Below, piece after piece: positions 1 to 12,029 of a DNA stretch of 64,000 nt. Source of the DNA: Sminthopsis crassicaudata (Eukaryota); contig NC_133618.1 in the NCBI RefSeq assembly GCF_048593235.1, positions 475,981,294-476,045,293 of the forward strand. Direction: 5' to 3'. Below the pieces are notes generated by a model, which was not told the origin of the DNA, made no database searches, and worked only from the letters and a program-made list of their open reading frames with translations. Position numbers and translations under genes: made by a program. Each line of letters begins with the position of its first letter. Position 1 is the first letter of the stretch.

Positions 1-210
1 AAGAGGGAGACANNNNNNNNNNNNNNNNNNNNNNNNNNNNNNNNNNNNNNNNNNNNNNNNNNNNNNNNNNNNNNNNNNNNNNNNNNNNNNNNNNNNNNNN
101 NNNNNNNNNNNNNNNNNNNNNNNNNNNNNNNNNNNNNNNNNNNNNNNNNNGGAGAAAGGAAAAAAAAAGAAAAAGGGAGGAAGGGAAGAAAAAAGAAAAG
201 GAGGGAGGTG
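1..210. repeat. Purine-rich (GGAA/GAAA) simple repeat flanking an assembly gap
   Basis: N run 13-150 bordered by A/G-only sequence. Confidence 0.85.
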
Positions 211-410
211 ACAAGCATTTATTAAGGGTTCATAAAGTGCTAAGCTCTACAAATATTGTCTCATTTGATCCTCATAACAAATCTGAGAGGTAGGTACTGT
301 TGTTATTCCCATTTTTTAGTTGAGAAAACTGAGGCGTACAATGGTTACATTATTTGTCCCAATTAGGAAGTATCTAAGGTGGAATTTGAACTCTGGATTT
401 TCTCCTTTGG
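211..410 (-). mobile_element. CORE-SINE (MIR/MAR-type)
   Basis: tctcatttgatcctcataacaa...cccatttttt agttgagaaaactgaggc is the reverse-strand CORE domain. Confidence 0.8.
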
Positions 411-689
411 ACTTTAAGGAGCATTTGATTTGAAGTCAGAAGACTTAGGTTTGAATCCTGCTCTTCTACTTCCTGTCTGAATTTGAGCAAGTAATTTCCT
501 CATTCTTTTGCTAAATTTCCTCACCTATTAAGATGATTTCTTAAGGTTTCTTTTTAACTTATTATTAATGATTCATTTTTGTTGTTGTTGTAATAGTATC
601 TTTAAATAGCTGTGTTGTTCAAACTCAATTCAACAAAAATATATTAAACAACTTTTATATACAAAGCACCCTTCCAAGTACCAGAGATA

Positions 690-905
690 GAAGGACTGGA
701 TTTATGATTTCATGAGTAAGTAATTTCCCTCCATCAATACAAGTCAACACTTTTTATGCAACTTATAATCTTTAAGAGATGTCTAAAACCTTGAGAAGTT
801 AAGTGACTCCTCAAAATCCCATAACCAGTAGGCATCTTAAAGGAGGACTTGGGTCTAGATCATCCTGGTTTGGAGACCAACGTTCCATTCACTGCATCAC
901 ATTTC
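690..905 (-). mobile_element. CORE-SINE, marsupial MIR3/Ther2-type
   Basis: gcaacttataatctttaagagat...gagaagttaagtgact; the same family recurs near 20480, 30870, 36130 and 52020. Confidence 0.55.
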
Positions 906-1358
906 CTCTCACATTGAATATTTAACCCTCAGTAGAAGAAAAACTGCTTAATCAAAACAAACAAAACATTTCTTTCCCTCAAGGAGTTTTCATTCAACTG
1001 GGTATTAAATATCAATGATAATTTTTAAAACATAAATATTTCAAATGAAGGCTGATCTCTCATAAAAGAAAGATAAAAGGCTTATGGAATCCCTCTTCAT
1101 ATCCCACTATTTAAGAGGCAATGATGTCTTCCTTTAAAACTAGAAGGCTTTCAGTGTGAAAACCAAGGAGATACAAATATGAGAAGGCAGAATAGCTTTG
1201 TGATCTGTGTTGGATGGTAATAAGGTGAAAGCTTATCCTACAGAGAAGGAAAGGAAGAAGGTTTAGAAATAGGAACAGGAATCAGCTCTCTGTCCTTCAG
1301 GGAATCTAGTATGGACTGAAATGTGGTATGATCATTCAGTAAGGGTAATAGGAGAAAA

Positions 1359-1670
1359 AGAAGAGTCCTGGTGATTAGTGATTCCCTCTTGAAGGAATTG
1401 AGTCTGCTATTTGTAGACTTGATCACAACAAAAGAAAGCTCTGTTGTCATCCTCTCAAGACATGTAGCCAAGACATAATAGAAAAGCTTCTAAGACTTAT
1501 CAAAACACGTAACTACTACCCACTTCTAGTGATTCACATAGGAGAAAAAAGATACTGCCAGAAGTAACCTAGAAAGCATGGTAAGAGCATAAAATATTTG
1601 GCAATAAACTAAAAACTTTGGGGACGTAGATGTAATTTTCATCCCTGCTTCCTATTGAAGACAAGTCGAT
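1359..1670 (+). pseudogene. CR1 ORF1 SGNH/GDSL esterase domain remnant (frameshifts, stops)
   Basis: RRVLVISDSLLK/IESAICRLDHNKRKLCCHP..DIIEKLLRLIKTRNYYPLLVIHIG/DTARSNLES..GNKLKTLGT*M*FSSLLP, matching the CR1 ORF1 pattern RRVVVVGDSLLRG..ICRPD..CCLPG..YYPLLLIHVGTNDTA..QVVFSSILP. Confidence 0.8.
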
Positions 1671-1692
1671 TTGGGATTACAAATATGGTATA

Positions 1693-1824
1693 GGGGCAGC
1701 TGGTTGGTGCAGCAGAGAGAGTTCCAAGCCTAGAGTTAGGAGGACCTGAGTTCAAATCCAGACTCAGGCACTTAATATTTACCAGCTCTGTGACCCTGGG
1801 CATGTCGTTTAATACCAACTGCCT
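1693..1824 (+). mobile_element. WSINE1-like short CORE-SINE nested in CR1
   Basis: ggggcagctggttggtgcagc..ggaggacctgagttcaaatcc..tgtgaccctgggca; tRNA-derived head with B box. Confidence 0.8.
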
Positions 1825-2085
1825 AACCCCTCCCCCCCAAAACCCACATGATGTAAAAATACATTTGCCTGCTGTTTTGTAAATCTCAAAAAAAAAAAAA
1901 AATTCCAAAAGTCTTTAACCCAAAAATTCAGGGAGGAAGTTGTATGTACAAAACTACTTATGTATACTCACCTAGCTAGATACCATGGAGAGTAGTTATA
2001 ATAACAAAAGATGAGTAATTGAGGTACCCAAAAGTTTGCAAGAGTAAAAATTCAAAAAAAGGAGACAGCATTAAAGGACCATACC

Positions 2086-2475
2086 TTAAAATACCTGCAC
2101 ACAAACGCACAAAATGTAGGCAATTAACTAGAGGTCTTGATATAAGGAAGAAATTTTAACTTTACATGTCAGAGAGCCTTGGTAGAAAGACTAGAAGCTG
2201 ACTCTGGATGGATATGGCTTATTTAAAAGAAGCGGGAGAGAGAAAAGGACTAGCATAAATCTGAAGATATCTAGAACCTGGAGAAGAAAGCATCGTGGAA
2301 AGCATTTGGGTAAAGAGCAGATTATAGAAGCAATTTTATTATCAGAGTATAAGCACAGGGCACCTCAACAGAAAATGCAAATAAGTGAAGAGGTTGGGAA
2401 ATAGATCACAAACGTGGTACAAATAATGATAGTGTAATAATGGTGGATTTTCATCTAACCATCTTCTGGAGATCT
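2086..2475 (+). pseudogene. CR1 ORF2 apurinic endonuclease domain remnant
   Basis: LKYLHTNAQNVGN* (2086), TLDGYGLFKRS (2201), IVESIWVKS (2292) and VIMVDFH (2434; cf. VMGDFN) in the expected order. Confidence 0.8.
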
Positions 2476-2499
2476 CTTGATCTGTTGATCTCTACTGTT

Positions 2500-2670
2500 G
2501 GTCTGTCTCTGTCTCTCTGTCTCTGTTTCTCTCTGTGTCTGTCTCTTTGTCTCTATCTTGTTGTCTCTCTCTGTCTCTCTCTTTTTTTTCTCTCTGTCTC
2601 TCTCTCCTTCTGTCTGTCTCTCTCTTTTCTGTCAGTGTGTGTATGTGTATATGTGTCTTTCTCTCTTCTT
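2500..2670. repeat. (CT/CTGT)n degenerate microsatellite
   Basis: Pyrimidine-rich dinucleotide runs; source of spurious ORFs 2440, 2492 and 2498. Confidence 0.9.
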
Positions 2671-2779
2671 CCCATTTATAGATAACATGAAGGGAAAAGC
2701 TAGCATACTGGATGCCAGAGTCAAATTCTAAAAATGATCTTGACAAGTTAGAATATTGGGCAGCATCTAAAAAGATGAT

Positions 2780-3030
2780 TTTTTTGGTTCTATCGTTTGC
2801 AGTTATGTCTAACTCTTTATGGTCCCATTTTGGGTTTTCTTGGCAGAGATACTATAGTGGTTTTCTATTTCCTTCTCCAGTTTATTTTACAGATGAGGAA
2901 ACTGAGGCAAACAGGGTGAAGTGACTTGCTCAGGGACATGCAATGAATAAGTGCCTTATGATTTGAACCCTGAAGATGAGTCTTCTGACTCCAGGCCCAG
3001 CCCTCTATCCCCTGTGCTTCCTAGGTGCCC
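2780..3030 (-). mobile_element. MAR1-type CORE-SINE nested in CR1
   Basis: gggttttcttggcagagatact..tttacagatgaggaaactgaggcaaacaggg; the CR1 RT sequence resumes after it. Confidence 0.85.
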
Positions 3031-4501
3031 AAGATCAAAGAATAAATAAATGATAGGAATAAATGTAAAGTTTTTATTGTTGATTCAAAAAAAAAAAGAA
3101 CCCCATCTCATTAATAAAAGATTGGAGAGGCATAGCCAGGCAATAATTTGACTTTGAAAATTGTTGGGATTTTGATAGATTGTGGGCTCGATGTGAGTTG
3201 GCAGTGTGATGTCAGGATCAATGAAGCTAATTTGATATTGGTAAAGAGAGATTGTCCAGAACATCCAAGAATAGGCAACTAGCATGATAAAAGCCTTTGA
3301 GTCCATGATATCTTGGAGTTGACTTAGGGTGTTGGAGCTACTTAGCCTAGAGATTAAAATTTAAAAAAAAAGAAAAACCTGCCGAATAAAAGAGGTAATA
3401 GACTTGTATTGTTTGACCCCAGGGGTAGAAACACAAACAAAGTTTGGAAGTTGAAAAAAAAAAAGGCTTGGTATAATGAGCAATTTTCTAACAATTCAAA
3501 AGTTTGCAAGGATAAGCTCAAGAGGCAGAATGTTCTCTGCATTGGAAGAACATTAAACAAAAGCTGGGTGATCAATTTTGGGAAGTAGAGTTCTGGGGAT
3601 TTTTTGTTGTGTTTGGTAGCCACTGAGGTCCTTTCCAATTATAAATCTATGATTCTATGAATTGGCTTTTGACCCTCCAAAACATATCCCCAAAACATAA
3701 TTACTTGAACTCTTTTTTAAAAAGAAATACCTTTCAGAAGTAACAGTTATACATTTGTTAGGTCTCCTCAATACCTCTTTTCAGTGTTGTTCTTCCCTGT
3801 TTTGCTTCTGTGTGGGTTGTAGATATATGCTGTGTCTGGCGTTCCTCCAATTCAAATATAGAAAATGTACATTCGTACAGTAGCTGCTAGAATCGTTTTT
3901 ATTTGAATCTTGGTATGGGGAAACACTCATTTAATGTCTTGTTAGGCAAAGGAGTCATTCCAAGAGCTTCTGTAAAGAAGGTACTTAACTAATTTCCTGT
4001 ATTTATATAACATGGCATCCGCCTCTTCCCCTCATCCCCCTACCCCAATACTTTCAGCCAAGGAAATAGCTGAAAATAGAATTTTCCCCCAGGAAGCAAT
4101 CAATGGCTGACTTCTTTCTCACGCATCCAGAGATATGGCTCTTGGAGTATGGCCCATTCCTTGGACTAACACCAACGTACTCAGATCACCCAAGTATGGC
4201 CTATAGGTCTCAGGTAGCACAGAATTTCTTGTCTTTTTTATGTTACTTATGGGAAACAAGGTCTATTTTGCCTCTAGATCAGAATTTGCTTGGTTATCAC
4301 TTTCTCTGACAATCTTAGAGGAGATGATGGGGTGGAAATTATCTTTCTATTTTTGTTAATTCTCACATTTGTTTGCATTGGTATTCCAAAGTTTGCATTG
4401 GTATTCCAAAGTAATATAGTTTCTTGGAAATGTTTAGCAGCAATATGACCAGTGAAGCCTAGAAAATGCAGGTCAGTCTGCCAAAATAAAGCATTATGGG
4501 T

Positions 4502-4725
4502 CAGGGAATGATGGTAAATGTTTAATAACTAGCTTTCAAAAACACTATACACACAATATACATTTAAGTTTAATGTATATTCTTAACATGTTCTCCATCA
4601 AATTTTTTCAGTCAAGGCAAATAGCAAAGCAATCATTCAACTCCTGATTCATAGTGTCTGATGATTTCTGAGGTGTAAATGTTCACCCTAATGATTTAGC
4701 AATTGGTTTTTGGGAGTCAGGAATT
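4502..4725 (+). mobile_element. MER63-like hAT MITE (marsupial short form), 3' truncated
   Basis: cagggaatgatggtaaatgtttaa..tttaagtttaatgtatatt..gatttctgaggtgtaaatg; related copies near 19290, 36020 and 59744-61174. Confidence 0.65.
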
Positions 4726-4734
4726 CGTCTCATA

Positions 4735-5060
4735 TTTGGATAAGGATAAAAATAAAGTCCTACCCTTAGGCTCAAAAACTAAACTGCACAAGTATAGGAT
4801 GGAGAAGATAAAGTTAAACAAAGGTTTGTGTGTGGGAAAAATCAATTAAATGAATTTAAAATGTTTAAACTAAATAAGAGACTCACAATAGCTGTCTTCA
4901 AGTATCTGAAAGGCTGTCATGTAGAAGAGGAATTAGATTTGTACTGTTTGGCCCCAAAGGGCAGAATTGGGATCAATGGATAGAAATTGCTGAGAGGCAT
5001 ATATTAGTTCATTAGGAGCAGAAATCTCCCAACAATTAGAGTCAACAGAAAGTAGAAAAT
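4735..5060 (+). mobile_element. CR1/L3 3' fragment
   Basis: aaataaagtcctacccttaggctcaaaaact..gctgtcttcaagtatctgaaaggctgtcatgtagaagagg. Confidence 0.75.
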
Positions 5061-5099
5061 CAACAAAACCAAAAACAAAAAAAAAATCCTACAAAGCAA

Positions 5100-5980
5100 A
5101 AAAGANNNNNNNNNNNNNNNNNNNNNNNNNNNNNNNNNNNNNNNNNNNNNNNNNNNNNNNNNNNNNNNNNNNNNNNNNNNNNNNNNNNNNNNNNNNNNNN
5201 NNNNNNNNNNNNNNNNNNNNNNNNNNNNNNNNNNNNAGGAGAGAGGGAAACAGGCAGGTAAGTAGAAAGGGAAGGAAAAAGGAAGGAGAGAGGAAAGGAA
5301 GAAAGATAAGAAGGAAGGAGNNNNNNNNNNNNNNNNNNNNNNNNNNNNNNNNNNNNNNNNNNNNNNNNNNNNNNNNNNNNNNNNNNNNNNNNNNNNNNNN
5401 NNNNNNNNNNNNNNNNNNNNNNNNNNNNNNNNNNNNNNNNNNNNNNNNNNNATAGATGGAAGAAAGGAAGAGGAACAAGGAAGGCAGGAAGGAAGAAGGG
5501 AAGGAAGAAGGGAGAGAAAGAAAGAAGGAGGGAAGGAATGAATAAATGAAGGAAAGAAGGAAAGGAAAGCAGAAAGGAAGGAAAAAGAAAAGAAGAAGGA
5601 AAAAAGGAAAGGAGGAAGGAAAGAAGGAGGGAGAATGAAAGAAAGGAAGGAAAGAGGAAATTAAGGAAGGGAGGGATGAAATAAGGGAAAGCAGAAATGA
5701 AGGAAGAAAGAAAAGAAAAGAAAACATAAATGAATGAANNNNNNNNNNNNNNNNNNNNNNNNNNNNNNNNNNNNNNNNNNNNNNNNNNNNNNNNNNNNNN
5801 NNNNNNNNNNNNNNNNNNNNNNNNNNNNNNNNNNNNNNNNNNNNNNNNNNNNNNNNNNNNNNNNNNNNNNNNNNNNNNNNNNNNNNNNNNNNNNNNNNNN
5901 NNNNNNNNNNNNNNNNNNNNNNNNNNNNNNNNNNNNNNNNNNNNNNNNNNNNNNNNNNNNNNNNNNNNNNNNNNNNNAAT
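5100..5980. repeat. Long polypurine (GGAA/GAAG) repeat with three assembly gaps
   Basis: Nearly A/G-only sequence between N runs. Confidence 0.9.
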
Positions 5981-6004
5981 TCCAGACCAGATTTTCTTAC
6001 AGAG

Positions 6005-6165
6005 GCTGTTGCTTGTTCTTTGTTCTCAAAGAGGATCATATCATCAGGGGGATGCTATGATGTACAAGTGAATTGCATTTAAGTGATGGAGGGCTGTGTG
6101 CAAGGTCACCTGCCTCACTTTTCCCTCCAGAGCATCTGGGTCCAGTGGCATGGGAATCTAGGTCC
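6005..6165 (+). mobile_element. Marsupial RTE-associated non-autonomous element, 5' part (family name not assigned)
   Basis: aagaggatcatatcatcagg..gtgaattgcatttaagtg..ccagagcatctgggtccagtggca; homologous to 29590 and 30400. Confidence 0.65.
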
Positions 6166-6467
6166 TTTCTAGCTCTGAGATTTGAAGATTCTGTGATTTT
6201 GTTTTCACAGACTCATTTTCTGAGCTTAATGAATTTAATTGATAAAATGTATTTCATGTAGTGCAACAGGACAGAAGGTTACATATCAGCTTTGCTTAGT
6301 ATCTGGGATACTGATGTCATCGCAGAAGCCTCCCTTTTCCCCTGGCAAATCCAGCTGAGAATGAGTGTATTATGTACCTGGCATTTCCTCTTTACAGAAT
6401 TCATGTAATCTTGACTCTAGTACCCACGTAATTTTTATCTTATTTCTTTATCATAAATGGAAAGACA

Positions 6468-6704
6468 CATGTGTGTTGTTCAATCTTTTTTTTCAGTCAT
6501 ATCTGACTCTTAGTTACCCCATTTTAGGTTTTCTTGATAAAGATATTGGAGTGATTTACCATTTCCTTCTTCAGCTCAATTTACATAGGAGAAAACTGAA
6601 GCACACTGAGGCAGATTAAGTGACTTGCCCAGGTTTACATAGTGTCTGAGGCCAGGTCTTCCTAATTCCAGGTCTGGTACTTTATCCATTATACCATCTA
6701 GCTG

Positions 6705-6706
<2 letters not shown>
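6468..6706 (-). mobile_element. MAR1-type CORE-SINE
   Basis: ggttttcttgataaagatattggagtgatttaccatttcc..taagtgacttgcccagg. Confidence 0.85.

Positions 6707-6748
<42 letters not shown>
6707..6748. repeat. (GT)n microsatellite
   Basis: About 20 perfect GT units. Confidence 0.95.
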
Positions 6749-6751
<3 letters not shown>

Positions 6752-8520
6752 CATGCACATTCAAACACATATTAGTAAAAATATGATCGTATATTTCATA
6801 TTAATCAGGTTGATTTTCTTTGTTTCAGTTGAATTCAGTCAATCAGTTAAAGTTTTAGTCGAAATATCTAAGCATCCAATACTTAATTCAATATTTGATA
6901 TTTAATAGGTGCTTAGTAAATGGTTGATTACTTTATTGCTATTTGAATCTGAAGAACCTAATCCATGTATGGCATTCTTTGCCTCAACTACTTTTCTATT
7001 TATATATTTCTTTTTTCATAATATGGGGAATGGAGGAAGAAAACAAGTATTTTCATTAAGCTTTTGATATGTATTAAGCTTTTTCAAATATTATCTGATT
7101 CTCATAATAACCCTAGGAGGTAGGTATAACTATTATTCCCATTTTAGAGTTGGGGAAACTGAGTCTTCTTGTATTTGTCTTATTTAAATATACTGCATTA
7201 TATTTATACCATTCATATGCCTTTCCATTTTCCTTAAGGTCAAAGAGCCTTAATTTTTGTTCTTTAAAGATTGTTATATTCTATGATTTACTACCGTATG
7301 ATATCATTGAAAGGCTTTGAGTACTAAAAAAGGGGGGGATTATTATGGAGAGAAAAAATTTAATGTTTTAAAATGCACTGTTTCCTAAATGCAATTCAGT
7401 GTCTTTTTTTCCCTTATTTAATTTTAGGTTCAGTTCTTTGTACATGCAACAGTAGAATTGCCTAAAATATATGCACAATTGGACCAACTCTGGATTTTCT
7501 ATACAGTTAAATATTGTAGTCTAGATAATAATCATTCTTCATCTACTTGATTTTCCCTGTTCAGATAGTTAGGCTCTTTTGTATAATTATAGAGCTCATT
7601 TTGGAAATGCTGTAATATATTCTGATGCAATGGATCCAGTGCCATAAAAAGTAGCTTCTGGAAGCCTTTTCCATTTGAACTCTGCATTGGACATCTTCTA
7701 GGACAATATCAACTAGTTTTGGTGAATATAAAAGCTCTATTTTTCTAATTGCTTCTTAATAATCAGGGAGTTATTGAACAAAGTTATCTCTTTTGTATCT
7801 TCAGGGAATGTTTATGCTTTTGACATATTAAAAGACACCTTATGGGAACAGAATCTTTAAAATTGCTCAAATGATTTTACAGCAGTGGTTTCATGTTGCT
7901 TGAGAAAACTACAAATCAACATTATCTATGTTGTATTTTTAAAAATTTTGTAAAACACTTCCCAATTACATTTTAATCTGGTTCTGCCATGATCCAGGAA
8001 CAAAGCAGTGAACCTGCTTTCAAGACAACAATAATCTGTGAGATATAATATTCTCCACATCTTTTAGGCAAGTGTATGACCATAAAGTTATGATTCATTA
8101 TAGAATATAATTTCTGAAAGATTGTCTATTACCTTCTTATATCCCCATTAATGATTCCCTCAATATATGTGTAGACCATTTTCAGGATAATTTTGTAGGG
8201 ATAAAAAAGAAGATATTTGGGTCAGAAATTATCAATACTTTTTTCAATTTTGTTTTTAGGGCATAATTACAATTAGAGATGGAAAGAAATATAAAAGGCA
8301 TCTGAGTCCAAGCACTCTCCTCAAAAAACATATGAGGAAACTGAGGACCAGGGAATTAAGTGACATGTTTCAAAAGCAGTACATGAACACAGGTTTTCTG
8401 CATGATAGTGATATACTCCTTTTTTTTAGATATTTTGAAAATCAATATTAACGATGTAGTATTTATGACTTTTGCTAATGTTTCAGTCCTCAAAGTGCTG
8501 TGTGCTATACATACATATAT

Positions 8521-8544
8521 ATGTGTGTGTGTGTGTGTGTGTAG

Positions 8545-8589
<45 letters not shown>
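8521..8589. repeat. Compound (GT)n/(AT)n microsatellite
   Basis: GT run followed by a long AT run. Confidence 0.95.
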
Positions 8590-8594
<5 letters not shown>

Positions 8595-8749
8595 GAAACA
8601 CTAGGATAGAAAATAGGATACCATAGAAATAGGATACTAGAGGTATAAAATCAGGTACTTCTTTCAGCATTAATAATTAGAAGTGTGGAGCACTATGAAC
8701 TCTCTCTCCCTGCAAAGACATTTGTATCCCAGTGGCTTAACAGTCATGC

Positions 8750-8995
8750 AACTAATTGGCACAGTACATAAAATATTAGGTCTCAAGTTAGGAAGTTCTG
8801 AGTTCAACTCTGACCTCAGACTCTTACCAACTATATAACCATGGGCAATTTAACTTCTTTCTATCTCAATTTCCTAATCTGTAAAATGGAAATAATAATA
8901 ATTGCACCTCCTTCCTAGGGTTATGATATGGATGAACGAGATAATATTTATAAAGCACTTTGTAAACCTTAACATGTTATATAAATGCTAGCTTA
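8750..8995 (+). mobile_element. MIR
   Basis: ggaagttctgagttcaactctgacctcagac..tttcctaatctgtaaaatgg..aaagcactttgtaaacc. Confidence 0.8.
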
Positions 8996-9479
8996 ATTTT
9001 TCTCCCATTGTACCCTGTTCCTCTCTCCCCAGCTTCGCTAGACATCCTATTACTTTTAGCACTCTGACAACTCAGTTCTTTGCCCTCTCCCTCATGTGAC
9101 TTCACTTTTAGCACAAGGTGTCCATAGAATCACAGAGAGAGTGCTGGAGACAACCCCAGAAGCTGCTTTGTCCAAACCCTTCATTTTATATACAAGCCCA
9201 ATGATGCTGTGACTTGCCATGTCACACAGATATTAATAAGCATCAGCGATGGTACTAGAACCCAGGCTATGGGACTTCAGAATCAATATTCATCCTCTGT
9301 ACCATAAAAACATATGTGGTAGGTGAGTATGTATTCATGGATCAGTAACAGGCTTCAATGGGAAAACTTCCTGTCCCCGGAAAAACCTCCAGGAATCCTA
9401 GAAGATCCCAAAGCCACAGACTAATGAAATGGACACCAGACACGAAGAGCCAAAATGATCCTTTTCCTTTAAGAAATCC

Positions 9480-9900
9480 CTCTCCTTTTGTACCATTGCA
9501 AACATGACGGCATTTTTTGGCGGGAATGGTGAGCTATTTTGTGTATGTGTGAATTAGAACTTTGATAGACAGAATAAGCTGCAATCCAATTCTAAACTAT
9601 AGATTTTCAAGCAGATTGATGCAACAAATTGTTAGCAAATAGCAGTTTGCAATTTGATGCTAATTAGACATAAGGCAAATATGTGGCGTGACAAATTAAC
9701 AGCAAACCATACTGTGGAGGGTGAGCAAGAGCTGGCACAGAGCGCACTCGGTTTTGCATAGCTCCTTGTCTTAGCCGAGGAGGCCCGAGCCAGCTCCCCT
9801 TCTCCGGAAACAGGAAACCAGAGCAGAGATCACAAGCATCCTCCAATAACTTTAATTGCATATTTCAGATGCTTCCCTCGCCTTTCATCCTGACAAGGCA
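9480..9900. promoter_or_regulatory. Candidate conserved non-coding element/enhancer
   Basis: No TE recognised; 9 CpGs in 9508-9880 against a depleted background; ATGCTAATTA at 9657, tandem ETS-like CCGGAAACAGGAAAC at 9804. Confidence 0.45.
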
Positions 9901-10599
9901 GCTCTCCTTTTCCCACTATCTAAGGAGATCATCAAGTGTTCTAGGAATCATCTGTGAGAAACTCAGACCATACCATTTCAAGTCTGTCTCCCACCACCCA
10001 TCACAGGACCCCACAGGTCATGCCCCAAGTCCTTAAATACCATCAAAAACCACAACAGGGAGAAATAAAATGTGCTTTATGTCCAAACTATTTTTGCTGA
10101 AATTCTTATCCATTTGGATTGCACTTTAGGAGCCTTTAAAACTATGATTTAATTAATCAATTTTTCTTTTGTTAGAGGATAATACCATTTCTGCTTAGCT
10201 ACATCAGGTCTAATGGTAATTAAAATGTTATTCAACCTCCTCACAATGTTTGGAAGGATGAGTTGAAAATTCCAGCTAGCCAATAGCTTCTTTCAGGCAA
10301 TACATTGGACCATGTGGCTAGAGATAGGGAGGGATATGAGAAAAAGAGCCAACAATAGAGGTTTAGGATTTGGGATTAGGATTTAGAAGCCTGCTTCAAC
10401 TCCTTCATTTTACAGATAAGAAAATTTAGTAATTTTTCCAAGGTTGCCCACGTCAGTAGCCAACCTGACACTCAAATCTATATCCCTGAATTCAAATGCA
10501 ATGGTTATTCTATTATATTATGCTGACAGGGCCAGGAAAAGGGAAAAAATGGTCTCCAGCTGTTAAGGAGACAACAGAGTAGATTCCAGGTGTCAATTA

Positions 10600-11070
10600 A
10601 TTAGTCATATGTTCCCCAAACACCTATTAGGTATTTAGTCTTGTTCTAGGTTGGGACAAGGGAAGAAATACAAGACATAGTTCTTGCCCTCACAGAGCCC
10701 ATAGTCTGTAGAGGGAAAGAAGACCACACACATGACTGTTATATGATTAAGCGTCAAAACAATTGATGTAGACAGTTAATTAGAGAATAAGCCAGAATAG
10801 AATAAAGTGTTAATTGTGTGAAATTTAAAACCAAGAGGAGAAGGGAAACAGCTTTCTGGTGAAGAAAGACTTGAGCTGAGTTGAAGCTGGGAATTTAAAG
10901 AAGCACAATTTAGAGAAGGGGATGAACAGAAAGCAAGGATTCAGTTTAGTCTGAGAGACTAAGGTAGGCAAAGATGAAAGGATGGTCATGAGCCCCATTT
11001 GGGAAGGGTATATGTGTTTGTGGGGAACTTGGCCAGAACAGAGATAAGGCATTGAGCAACAGGGAGATAC
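10600..11070 (-). mobile_element. L2 3' fragment
   Basis: gacatagttcttgccctcacagagcccatagtctgtagaggg..gacttgagctgagttgaag. Confidence 0.65.
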
Positions 11071-12029
11071 ACGAATAAGAATATTGGGTCAGGAGGTTGG
11101 TTTCAAATCTCACCTTTGATACTTGTTAACTGTGTGACTCTTGGGCAAGAATGCCTCAGTTTTCTCAACTGCAAAATGGAAATAATGACAAATATGCTAC
11201 ATTCTTCAGAGAAGCGTGAAGATTTTTTAAACCTAAAAATATCATCTAAATTTGAATATTTAAAATTGAAAATCACCTAAAATTGAACATAAAATTCTGA
11301 ATATTAGTAATATGATTATCATCATCATTATCATCATCATTGCCATCTTTCTTCTTAAATATAATTCAAATAGAAATGATCTTGGAACATATTCTACTAT
11401 TATTCTTGTGTGGTTAATGTTTGATGGATCTTTATTGTTATTATTCTGGTTGTCATTAAAAAGCAGGAGAGAAAGGAAGATAAGTATAGATATAAAAAAA
11501 TAAAGTCATATCAAAGAGTGACTCAAATGCTACAAATCCCTTGTCAAAGCTGGCTTTACCTCTAAGGTAGGTGGGGATGTCACCTAAGAGATGCTGAAAG
11601 GCTCAAGGCTTTCTCTACTTTGATGTAGTGTCTGGTGGAATCTGATGCAGTAGCTGACATACCCACCATTACTCTCTAATCTGGATTAAGGCACCATAGT
11701 CTTCTGCTCAAAGACACATCTATTAGATGTCTGGGAGAGCTAAATCTAAGGTCACATCATCATCATCATCACCAGCTCAACTTTTTAATGCATGTACTGG
11801 GGATCTGATAACTGTTTTAAATTCATCCTCTTGTAACTCCCCCGTCCTTTTAGAAGGCTCTGCACAGAAGGCTCCTTAAGCATCTGCTCATTAAAAGCCA
11901 CATTCAGAAGGGGTCTTTCTCCTCCCCTGAACATTTGGTGTCTTTATATGAAAGAGCTTTTCCTAGTATTATATGTAAACCTCAAAAAACCCTTCTATCC
12001 TAATGTATTCCAATAGCAACAGCAGGAAA

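Larger units (their letters stand above)
1200..3660 (+). mobile_element. CR1/L3 LINE fossil: ORF1 esterase, ORF2 endonuclease, RT C-terminus and 3' tail; internally deleted, with nested SINEs
   Basis: Collinear decayed CR1 motifs translated by hand (see sub-features); NDLDKLEYWAASKKM in ORF 2712-2924; ends in (ATTCTATG)-type tail atctatgattctatga at 3660. Confidence 0.85.

Noticed and set aside
2440-2746. Overlapping low-complexity ORFs
   Set aside because: Translations of a CT microsatellite
5089-6071. Long ORFs of 316, 113 and 108 aa
   Set aside because: Artefacts of N gaps and polypurine repeats
9480-9900. Formal CpG island or gene promoter
   Set aside because: GC content and CpG density are too low; only locally enriched
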